From Octopus bimaculoides (Eukaryota), in the NCBI RefSeq assembly GCF_001194135.2, contig NC_068982.1:146042158-146088954 (forward strand): a DNA stretch of 46,797 nucleotides. Reading direction: 5' to 3'. Shown here one piece after another: positions 36,864 to 46,797 of this stretch. Both the position numbers and the translations under genes were made by a program. How positions within the stretch are numbered: the stretch's first letter is position 1; every line of letters starts with the position of its first letter. A model generated the notes under the pieces. It saw nothing but the letters and a program-made list of their open reading frames with translations, searched no databases and was not told the origin of the DNA.

Positions 36864-36956
36864 CGATATAACACAATACAATCATACTGTTGTGATATCT
36901 TTTGTAAATCATTCGCTAATGGAAGTACGTGTATTAGACACATAGTACATGCACAA
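36864..36956 (+). pseudogene. Single degenerate C2H2 zinc finger of the octopus-expanded type
   Basis: RYNTIQSYCCDIFCKSFANGSTCIRHIVHAQ. Nucleotides tgtgatatcttttgtaaatcattc differ at 2 positions from the recalled tgtgatatctgtggtaaatcattc (CDICGKSF). In-frame stops at 36849 and 36981. Confidence 0.5.
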
Positions 36957-37839
36957 AGTAAACAAACTATGTCATTGATATAAAATATTCCCACTACATA
37001 TTGCATTTCATCGTACTCTCGGTTTCAATTCTGAGATCTTTCGAAAATTTAACTGCTGCTATCACAGACATTTCCCATGTCTCACGTGCTATTTACCCTA
37101 TTCCATTGTTTTCTACATCAATTTTATCTCTCATGGCATTAAACCTCCCCCATTGCTTTTCTTCTTAACACTGTTTCTTATCTTCACTACTATATTAAGT
37201 AAATGCACCAGTAAAATGAAACTAGAAAATGTTGCCAGCTTTTTTATTTTACTTTTCTTCATTCTTGAATAAAATTTCTTAAGGAATTATGTATGATTCT
37301 GCCGGGTCCTCCCAAAATTTTAATAGGGAAATATTCTGATACTGGAAATATGTAATGAATACTTGTAACAACATGGGTTCCGCTAAAGATATGCAAATGA
37401 CAGACAGTAGAGATACACTGGACGGCAGTTTTGCTGCTCAAAATATCATACTGAATGACCTTCTTAAATTTCTTTGTATTTCAAACACTTGTTAAACAAC
37501 AGGTTATCTATATCTATAAGAAAAGAATATTCGTGTATGTATGTATATATGTATGTATGTGTGTGTACGCGTGCGTAGTATGTGTGTGTGAGTGTGTGTG
37601 TGTTTAAATATCTCCAACACCCTTTATGTTCTAGTCAGTTTGTTATATCCAGGCAATATTCTTGATTCAAACTTGTTAGACCGCATAACTATGTCAGGTC
37701 TGTATATTGTATATACATAGTATATTATAAATTTGATACTATTCGTTCTCCAATCTTAGCTGAATTGTTTATTCCCTATTTTCATATATAACATGTAAGA
37801 TTTAATTGCTTGTTTTTTATTTTACAAATTCGATAATAA

Positions 37840-38400
37840 GTGGTGAAAATATGCAATTAGGGTGTTTTACGCAACATGTAGGAAAAGGAGAGTAATGGGC
37901 AGCTGTGAAAGAAATAAATGAAGTAGAAGGCCCAGGAAATGTCAAAAGGACGTGTGCCAGGAAACTAATAGAGGCACCAAACTCGAAGACAAACCAAGGT
38001 AGGGGCGACGTGTTTTGGACGATTAAGCTGTGCTTAAATTGGTTCTACTACAACAAGCACATGTATTCGTACGTCCTCCACAAAACTTGGTCCTTCACTA
38101 ACCACTGTCAGTAGATATTACCAAGGCCGAGCATGAGCTCGGCCTTGCAAACACACGCTGTAAAAAAGTGTCTCCTGTCAATTGACCAATGAACAGGCTC
38201 AATGACGTGCGAACATTTACTAGCAAATGCTGACAAATTTTCGAGATGTCCATTTTTGGCGTCGAATTGTGACTGGAGATGAAACATTGATCTATTTTCG
38301 TAATCCTAATATGACAAATCAGTGGTTTCATTCTGGCCAGGTTTCAGTACCTGTTGTCAAACAAGGACGGTTGGAAGAAAATGTTGTATTGCGTATCGAA
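37840..38400 (+). mobile_element. Mariner transposase 5' remnant (HTH to first catalytic D)
   Basis: AAVKEINEVEGPGNVKRTCARK..LEDKPR*GR..HELG..QLTNEQAQ..FWRRIVTGDETLIYFRNP..QWFHSGQ. Confidence 0.85.
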
Positions 38401-38544
38401 CAAACTGCGATACGCATCAAATGTATCCTCGAGTTACCAACTGAACATAATTTGTATTTTCGTATACAAAGCACAAATAAAGTTTAGTTAAACATTCTAC
38501 AGAAATGTCCACCATCATATATTATCTCCCCTTCACTCGCTCTA

Positions 38545-38700
38545 TCTCTTTTTCTTTCTTTCTCTCTCTCTCTCTCTCTAAAATATATACATATGTGTGT
38601 GTGTGTTGTATGCGAGTGTATACACACACACATATATGTATGAATGTATGTATGCATATCTTTGCATGTACACCTATATATCTTTACCTCATATATATCA
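38545..38700. repeat. (CT)n/(TA)n/(TG)n/(TATG)n mosaic
   Basis: Direct reading. Confidence 0.85.
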
Positions 38701-39054
38701 TACAAGTTTTGCAATTCGGTTATAGTGCCAGCAAGAACACGATCGCAGACGTCTCTCACAAAAAGTAAATATATCACTCTTACTACTATATAAATGTTAA
38801 GAAGTAATATCAACCCAAAATACAGCTTAATTAAGTTCGGAAGCTAAAACATTTGAATTTGATTGAAATCTACTTTCATTCAACACCTGAACAAAAATCT
38901 TTTAAGCGAGACATTCCTGATTTCATTAGTGATATAAGTTGAATTGACAGCTACCTTTTAGGGAATCTGTTGCTTAATTTGAATATATTTAATATTTTTT
39001 TGGACATTTCCGTTGGTAAGATGGAGGTTATTTAAAATGAAATACAGTTCTGGA

Positions 39055-39116
39055 GTTGGTTGGCTGGTTGGTTGGTCGGTTAGTTGGTTGGTTGTTTGGT
39101 TGGTTGGCTGGCTGGT
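39055..39116. repeat. Degenerate (GTTG)n tetranucleotide repeat
   Basis: Direct reading. Confidence 0.9.
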
Positions 39117-39308
39117 TATTTCATGATTTGATGTTTGTGTGGACAGCATGGCTAAATTAACGTTTATAAATTTAAGTGTGTGTCAGTTTAGTAGAAAGCA
39201 AAAGTTTAGTCCCAAATACGCAAAAATATAATTGAGAGCAAAGAATATTAGCCATATAAATGTTAATCATAAAATGAAACTGGAAAGCAAAATTTATTCA
39301 ATTGCTTA

Positions 39309-39507
39309 AAGGTGGCGAGTTGGCAAAATGGCTAGCCGTAATTCGTCCGTCTTTACTTTCTGAGTTTAAATTTCGCAGATTTCGAATTTGTCTGTCATTA
39401 TTTTGGATCTCGATAAAACAATACCAGTTGAGCGGGTGGTATTGTTGTAATCGACCGACACCGTCCCTGAAATTGCTGGCCTTGTGCCAAAATTCGAATC
39501 CAGTATT
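39309..39507 (+). mobile_element. SINE (2894 family) with a short internal deletion in the head
   Basis: aaggtggcgagttggcaaaatggctagc|cgtaattcgtccgtc..ctgaaattgctggccttgtgccaaaattcgaatccagtatt. Confidence 0.85.
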
Positions 39508-40619
39508 TATTCAATAACTGACCGGTTTTGATTCTGCCCGACAGAAAGTTAAAGAAAATGAGAGCAGTATTGATACATTTTGGTTTGGCGTACGAGTAAG
39601 ACTTGTGGGCAATTGAAATCATGATTAAATAAATAAATTTTATCACTGGAAGAGGAAATGTTTATTCCAACTCGACAGAATTTGAACTGATAAAACTAAG
39701 TAGACAAAAGTTAAATACTCAAATAAACTCAGATTAGAACATCAGCGCATCTGGTAGCCAATCTCCGCAGTGTCTATAATGTGATGACAGAATACAGAAT
39801 ATCAAAGAGTACGCTTTGAAATCTAACGCATTAATAATCATATGACTTTGATATCTAATGTAATAAAACACACCAAAGACAATTAACGAACCAGAGACAA
39901 ATCTCTGTATATTTCAAATCAAAGTTTTACTGGTATATAATAGTTAACAAAAGAGGCATGTTAGAAGTGAGAAAGCTCTTGGGAAAATAATCTTTTGTAT
40001 TATAATAGCTAGCTAGAGAATCACTAAGTCATACCATAATTTACTTGTGTATAAAATATAACACAAAATCGTTATTTATAATATTTCCTGCGATAATAAG
40101 GGAATTTGCTGATTCATTTTGATTTATTTCCTTTGTTGTTAAGTGTCAAAGGTTATTTTTTCCTCTTGATTATTACCAACATTCGATATATTTATCTACA
40201 TTTATATCAATCAAAAGATCTTTATCAAACTACGTGTTTCTATTTGTATGTATCAACAAAACTGTATGTGTTGATCAATCAACCAAGACTTATCAATAAG
40301 CTGTGACATATATTTCTCTGTTTGCTGTGCTCTCTCCTTACCTATTAATCTACCTAAATTTTCATTGCAATGATAGGAAACATTCTATTTCTATGTTCGT
40401 TTTATATCAATCTCTTACTCCATTTATGCATTTACGTGGTTGTTTACTTCCATATGCAAGCATTTAGATTTGCATTAATTGTTTTAAGATGTGTTTAAAA
40501 TATGTGAAGTATTTTTATTAAATACATGAAATTATAAAGTATATAACAGTGAAACTGTAATATAATTATAATACTGATCGTAATCAATGTTATAGTTTGG
40601 CTTATTAATACTATTGAAA

Positions 40620-41004
40620 TTACGAACTAAAAGCAGCTCAAGTAAAGTGAAGGTGAACTCCGGAGTTCAGACACAATCGTAAAGGTGACAGTGTCCCTTC
40701 TTGTTGGCGATATCTTTGTAATATCCGTTGTAGCTGTTTATGTCAAACCTTACTGATTTCACAGTGTTCACAGAGCATTGAACAACAGCCATGATGTGGG
40801 AATCGTGACAGCCATTGCGAATAATCATGAAACAGGTATCTCTTTTCCATTATTCAGATGGCGTCCAATCCTTCATGTCAATTGACTTTCCCTGAATTAT
40901 AAATTTATATTTATGCTCTCCAACGCCAGGGAATGTTCAATACTTCAAGCTATTCATGAAAAAAGGAAACATAAGTCTTCAATTTTAGCCTCGAACACCC
41001 TGTG
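40620..41004 (-). mobile_element. Tc1/mariner-superfamily 5' end (maT/DD37D-like N-terminus, left TIR)
   Basis: Minus: TA-CACAGGGTGTTCGAGGCTAAAATTG.., then ATG at 40876: MKDWTPSE*WKRDTCFMIIRNGCHDSHIMAVVQCSVNTVKSVR..DCV*TPEF. The catalytic domain is absent, so the subgroup is inferred from the N-terminus. Confidence 0.75.
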
Positions 41005-41129
41005 TATACATACATACACACATACTTCTGTGTGATAGAGAAAGTGTAGATGTGTCTTGGAATCTATTCTTTTTTTTTCACATCAGTCTGTTGTGTCTGT
41101 TTTGATCCTTTTTCTTCCCTTAAGTTGGT

Positions 41130-41730
41130 TGTTTAACAAATGGGTTACAATATAACATGTAACAGTCTTTCACCGGTTGAAATTTTATTAACTTTTCCTC
41201 TCCCTATGATAATTAACCATGTTTTTTACTAAAGCAAATTCAAAATTTAGTCAGGATTGCTGGTGCCTAGTCCATTCTGGGCATAAGAGATCAGGTGGTA
41301 ATTCTCTAGTTTTTCGATCGGATGAATCTTCTTCAGTATTTTCACAGTGTTTGTATACTGAAACTCACATACTACCGAAACTTCTAAGGTCATGATATCC
41401 CTGAACTATTATTTTTTCTTCTTCGACTTTTCGCATCCATCTGAATTATAGCAATCACTTATCACTTTCTAATAATTATCGAGTGTTCGAGATTTTGCAC
41501 CATGTCTGTTTTAATGAACTCTTTTTACTGATACGATCACGTTAAGAAATTTTGAGGTTTTTCCTCAAGCACCATTGTAGAAAATAAACTTCACTATGAG
41601 GATATTCTGATACTATTCGAAGTAGATAATATATCACATGCAGACATTAATGCTATTGTTCTGTGCATTTATGGATGACAAATTTTTCCTATTAAGTATT
41701 TGACATAGGATTCCACAGTGAGTATCATTT
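41130..41730 (-). mobile_element. Possible APE-endonuclease (RTE-like LINE) remnant
   Basis: Minus strand shows scattered remnants of APE motifs (IFYNG, IVQG.., FALVK). Many stops. Confidence 0.35.
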
Positions 41731-43023
41731 AATTTGAATTGATGGAAATATAAAATCGAATGTTATTGTTTATTCCCCCGTGAAGCGATCTAGAACGCAA
41801 AGTGTATTTAAGTTAAATTATGCTACTCTGAAACAAAGGAATTCCTATGCTTTCAAACGCCAGATAATGATGTTTGGTTATGAAAGCCAATGATAGATAC
41901 CAATTAATTGATATAAATATCGACAGTAATATATTACTTTCAAATATAATCTGTTTTATATAATGATTTTAAAATTCGATCAATTACTTTTGCCTAGCAA
42001 CTCATTCGGGTAGGATTACTTCACACAATAATGCCGAGAAATTCAGATATTGCTTTAAGCACTAAAATATTAAAAATATGTAATTTAGTAAGAAGAGAAA
42101 TGTCTTTGGCGATGTTAAAAGAAAGAGTATTTTAAATAAATTAATTTGTAAAATAATGTTAGTGAATAGGAAAATAGGTCAAACACGTACAGGCTCTCTA
42201 TTTTATACATATATTAATATATATATTGATTGCTGAATTAATTTCAACATAATGCTTAGGTATATTCGTAGCATGTAAATATAAACGTAAAGATTATAGG
42301 AAAGACAGATGTAACAATTTCTATATATCTACCTCATATCTGAACCTAATTTCCGTTGGTCGTGAATCATTTCAAAGATCGATTGATTTAGTTCTAAATG
42401 ATTCTTTATTCAAACATAGATTGAAGTATTCTACATACTTACTATTACAATTAAACTGCCATGTTTTTTTTTAGGAAATCTGGAACAACATTTTGTAATG
42501 TACTATATCTATATATCAACATATCGCACACACATTTCTAAGTCCTAAAATCCCACAGTCCAACCCATGATCCCAATTAATAGAATACACAGTAAGCCAA
42601 GATACAAAAAGAAATTGCTTGGTTGGCTGTCTGTGTAAAAAAACAAAATCGAATATGCATAAATGTATATAAAATATGCATAATATGCATATTTGATGTC
42701 AAGAATCAAGACAATCACGCATTACTAGTATATGTCGGCAAATGCGAATGTGTATATACTAGTTGCAGTTGAATTTCGTTTCCAGGGATAACGCCTCCTT
42801 GTAGTTAATGTACGTTCATAACACATTCCTCAATTCATCAATGTGACAGGACTTCGTGACATCACAGTGTTTTGACTTGACCATATCTGTGGTGTAAATG
42901 TTTATCTTCCAATTTATATTCATCTCAATAAATGTATATTTTAAGCATACGTTCCATATTGATTATACTCATCCTATTTTTTTAAATAGATTTAATTTTA
43001 TTTTCTAATATTTATATACATAT

Positions 43024-43706
43024 AGAGATGGGGCGAAATCAGGAGAACAGGGAAGGTGATCAACCAGTTGAAACCCACAGTCACGCATAGCAGCCATTGA
43101 AGCCAAGAACTTCTGTGCTGGAGTATTACTCTGATCAAACAAACCCCCTTTCGCCAGTTTTCCTGGGCATTTGGACTTAATAATTTTTCCTACTTATCTC
43201 AGCAAATTGCCTTTGCACTCTCCATTGATGGTGTGGCTCTTTTGAAGATAAACACAAATCCCGTTTGCATCCCAAAACACAGGCCAACACCTTCCCTGCA
43301 GACGAAACAACCTTGGCCTTCTTTGGAGAAGGTGTGGAGGGGTGTTTCCATTGCGTGGATTGTCTCTTTGTCCCTGGCTCAAAGTGACCAGCCCAACATT
43401 CATCCTGGGTTAGGAAATGTTCGAGTAAACCGGCTGGATCTGCGTCAAACTGTGTTATATTTCCCCGTGATGTGGCCAACTTGACCTTGCTTTTGATCAG
43501 GTGTCAGAAGGCTTGGTACCTATAGAGCAGAAACCTTGGTCATACCAAGTTCATTGAGCAGTATATTCTCAACTCTCTCGGGATATGCTAACACCCTTAT
43601 CTGTTTGAGTTATAGCTAATCGCCAGTCATCCATTAGCATGTGATGGTAACGATTAATATTTTCCTCGGTGGTGGCAATTTCAGAATGTCTAGTCCTTAA
43701 GTCTGT
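43024..43706 (-). mobile_element. Mariner internal fragment (irritans/Hsmar2-like)
   Basis: Minus: IATTEENI..ELGMTKVSAL*VPSLLTPDQK..FLTQDECWAGHFEPGTKRQSTQWKHPSTPSPKKAKVVSSAGKVLA..CGFQLVDHLPCSPDFAPS. Confidence 0.9.
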
Positions 43707-44491
43707 ATGAAGATATGAAGATTCTCTCTTCCTCTCCTAAATTTAGCTGCTTGCATTTGTCCTGNNNNNNNNNNNNNNNNNNNNNNNNNNNNNNNNNNNN
43801 NNNNNNNNNNNNNNNNNNNNNNNNNNNNNNNNNNNNNNNNNNNNNNNNNNNNNNNNNNNNNNNNNNNNNNNNNNNNNNNNNNNNNNNNNNNNNNNNNNNN
43901 NNNNNNNNNNNNNNNNNNNNNNNNNNNNNNNNNNNNNNNNNNNNNNNNNNNNNNNNNNNNNNNNNNNNNNNNNNNNNNNNNNNNNNNNNNNNNNNNNNNN
44001 NNNNNNNNNNNNNNNNNNNNNNNNNNNNNNNNNNNNNNNNNNNNNNNNNNNNNNNNNNNNNNNNNNNNNNNNNNNNNNNNNNNNNNNNNNNNNNNNNNNN
44101 NNNNNNNNNNNNNNNNNNNNNNNNNNNNNNNNNNNNNNNNNNNNNNNNNNNNNNNNNNNNNNNNNNNNNNNNNNNNNNNNNNNNNNNNNNNNNNNNNNNN
44201 NNNNNNNNNNNNNNNNNNNNNNNNNNNNNNNNNNNNNNNNNNNNNNNNNNNNNNNNNNNNNNNNNNNNNNNNNNNNNNNNNNNNNNNNNNNNNNNNNNNN
44301 NNNNNNNNNNNNNNNNNNNNNNNNNNNNNNNNNNNNNNNNNNNNNNNNNNNNNNNNNNNNNNNNNNNNNNNNNNNNNNNNNNNNNNNNNNNNNNNNNNNN
44401 NNNNNNNNNNNNNNNNNNNNNNNNNNNNNNNNNNNNNNNNNNNNNNNNNNNNNNNNNNNNNNNNNNNNNNNNNNNNNNNNNNNNNNNNNNN

Positions 44492-44794
44492 AGAAAAGTG
44501 TATCTAGTATAACAGCAGGTAAGAAGCTATGCCTCCGGATGTTAATCGATTTAAAGGATCTAAAGTAGTAGAAACGTGGTATGAATAAAAAGCAGATGCT
44601 GTGGTATAAGATAATAGTTAGAAGATTTTGTGGGATTTTCCCACAAAAAAACTGGTCATATGTGAGAAGACCAGATACGATTGTAGAGGGGGAAAAAAGG
44701 AACAAACAGCCTAATATAATAAACTTTGCAATACCATATGTTATGGATACCTGAGAAATTGAGAAACGATGAAGAAACATCACGAGTCACTGAG

Positions 44795-44851
<57 letters not shown>

Positions 44852-45070
44852 TATGGAAGATTGACATCATGAGGATTTTTGGAGTTATTGTTGCAACTAG
44901 CACAACACCTAAACTGCTATCTAATGGGTTGAATGATATAGCAATTGATACTAGCATTGTTGACATGCATACAAAAGCAATCCTGTATTCTGTAAGGATC
45001 TTAAGAAAGATAGTTGAGATTTGATGAGTCTTATGAACAAACCTCGAGACAACATACCTGGTAACTTTAT
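44492..45070 (+). mobile_element. R4/Dong RLE 3' fragment interrupted by (GA)n
   Basis: TWYE*K..KILWDF..RPD-like agaccagat..INFAIP..[GA repeat]..LWKIDIMRIFGVIV..KAILYSVRILRKIVEI*. Confidence 0.8.
44797..44848. repeat. (GA)n microsatellite
   Basis: Direct reading. Confidence 0.97.
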
Positions 45071-45118
45071 AATATGTATGTATGTATAAATATATGCTTT
45101 TATATACCATGTAATAAA

Positions 45119-45119
45119 C

Positions 45120-45166
<47 letters not shown>

Positions 45167-45184
45167 ATAGTAGTAGTAGTAGTT

Positions 45185-45281
<97 letters not shown>

Positions 45282-45315
45282 CAACAGCAGCTGTAGAAGT
45301 TGCAGCAGCAGTAGT
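45119..45315. repeat. Compound (TAG)n-(CAG)n-(TAG)n trinucleotide repeat
   Basis: TAG run 45119-45183, CAG run ~45186-45220, TAG run 45221-45281, then mixed CAG/TAG. Confidence 0.97.
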
Positions 45316-46797
45316 GTTCGCCGACGTATTAGGCGACGTAAGAAAGAAGAAAATGTAAACATATGATCAAATATTTCAGTCATTTTTTATTTTTACAGAA
45401 CTTAGTGCTCCGAATTTGAATTCGATTAAGTTTGAGTCTGTTTTTCCATACGTAATCATTAGAATATATACATATCAAATATCGAGCAAGATTTGCCTGT
45501 CTGAAAGAGAGGAAACAAAATCAGAGTTTCTGCACTTCACTAGAAATCATTCCTGAAGCAATATCATAATCTCATAAACTATCGTTACAAACTTTTTTTC
45601 TCTATCGTGTACACTACAATAATTTAGCTGAGCTGCATATATCAAACATAACACTCATACTTATAAAAAGATCATAGTCTAATTTCTTAATTATATTTGA
45701 CAATGCACTAACTTTTCTCATTTGTTTTACTGTCTAAATTTCAGTTCCACTTATGTTCCATTATCTCCAATTTAGATTGGTACTATATATAGGTGCTATG
45801 TACATTATTCAAAGTTGTTTCAGAAAACTAGTCGATTTCCTTGTTGAAAATACAGTGACTATATTCGTGATATTAAGGACGAAGCATATGCATCTGACTG
45901 CGTCAATATTTTAAGCATAAACTATATATGAAATTAATATTTATTATATCCCTTTACAGTTAATCTAATAGTTCAAATGTGCGTAATTTATATAAGATTT
46001 TACAAATGAGTTTTAAATAGGAACAGAATTGGGTAGGGTGTAATGAGTGCAGACAATACAAAATAAGTACATCTGTAAAGAAAACTCCCAGCATGAGTTT
46101 GTCAAGACTCTAACCCTATAACATTCACAATGCATTTATTGTAATCTCTCATATAAAGAAGCTACAGAGCCAAAGTTCTTAACAAATGGACTCGAGAGGA
46201 ATTAACAGATTAAGAAGCAAATATATATATTTATATAAGCCGACATTTGCCAAGGCTTATGGCAAATCATCTAGCGTGTAGTTAATGTGATCACATAATA
46301 AATAAAACGATGTAACAAAAGATGGAAGGTACTGTAAGAAAGAGTGACCACTCAAAAACATCATATCATAGCAAAAAAGCAAGCTGCCAAAAAACTAGCA
46401 TTAATCAAAGTAAAAGTGGCAATCTAGAAGAAATAGTAATTCGGTGAACAGTATATAAAAAAAAATATTCACATATTTAAGAGAGCATCAATAAAAAATA
46501 CGAAATGTGATAAAGACGAAAGAGGAAATAAAACATCTTTAAAAAACGATACATATAGATAAACTTATAAAATACTATACAGAAGTTCTCATGAAGTGAT
46601 TAGCATTACTTACAAATAATTCACACTGACAATAAAACGACAAACGTCCCTATCTTATCATATATATTAAGGAAGCTTATTTAAGGCCAAAGAGAAATTC
46701 AAACATACGAGAAAATAAAACAAGCACATTTCATAAGCATACAAATCTACAAATTTTCGGAGGATAAAATAATTGTGCATATATATATATATATATA

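Noticed and set aside
36797-37006. Minus-strand 69-aa hydrophobic ORF as a membrane-protein exon
   Set aside because: No recognisable motif or splice support. The opposite strand explains part of the region better as a zinc-finger remnant.
40654-40669. Perfect 16-bp palindrome TGAACTCCGGAGTTCA
   Set aside because: It falls in transposase codons (..TPEF). With no other support it is most simply chance.
42770-42900. GC-richer patch with a ..tttccAG acceptor-like site
   Set aside because: All three plus frames stop within about 25 nt of the site, and the minus frames show no recognisable protein.
44787-45383. Poly-Leu/Gln and poly-Val/Ala ORFs suggesting a polyQ or polyA protein
   Set aside because: Products of the TAG/CAG repeat. 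The flanks are retrotransposon remnants with no protein-like sequence.

Overview
AT-rich eukaryotic non-coding DNA with six N gaps (1082-1091, 6009-6740, 13978-14900, 21127-21136, 28813-29256, 43765-44491). The repeat families (SINE type, R4/Dong-type LINE tails, a TGTGATATC..TAAATCATTC zinc-finger motif) look like those of an octopus/cephalopod genome; this is inferred from recalled repeat consensus, not a search. I can support no intact host gene, rRNA, functional tRNA or CRISPR array. Most long entries in the ORF track come from microsatellites or N runs. The window is mostly decayed mobile DNA: (i) about 15 fragments of R4/Dong-clade non-LTR retrotransposons (RT, CCHC, PD-(D/E)xK endonuclease), nearly all on + and clustered head-to-tail at (TAA)n tracts, three of them internally deleted; (ii) Penelope-like fragments, one carrying a tRNA-like module and a minimal hammerhead-ribozyme motif; (iii) a CR1/Jockey-group LINE across a gap; (iv) about a dozen tRNA-derived SINEs; (v) five Tc1/mariner remnants, one full-length with TIRs and TA target duplication; (vi) a 265-bp fold-back MITE-like element; (vii) one orphan degenerate C2H2 zinc finger. 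Boundaries of degenerate elements are approximate (tens of bp).
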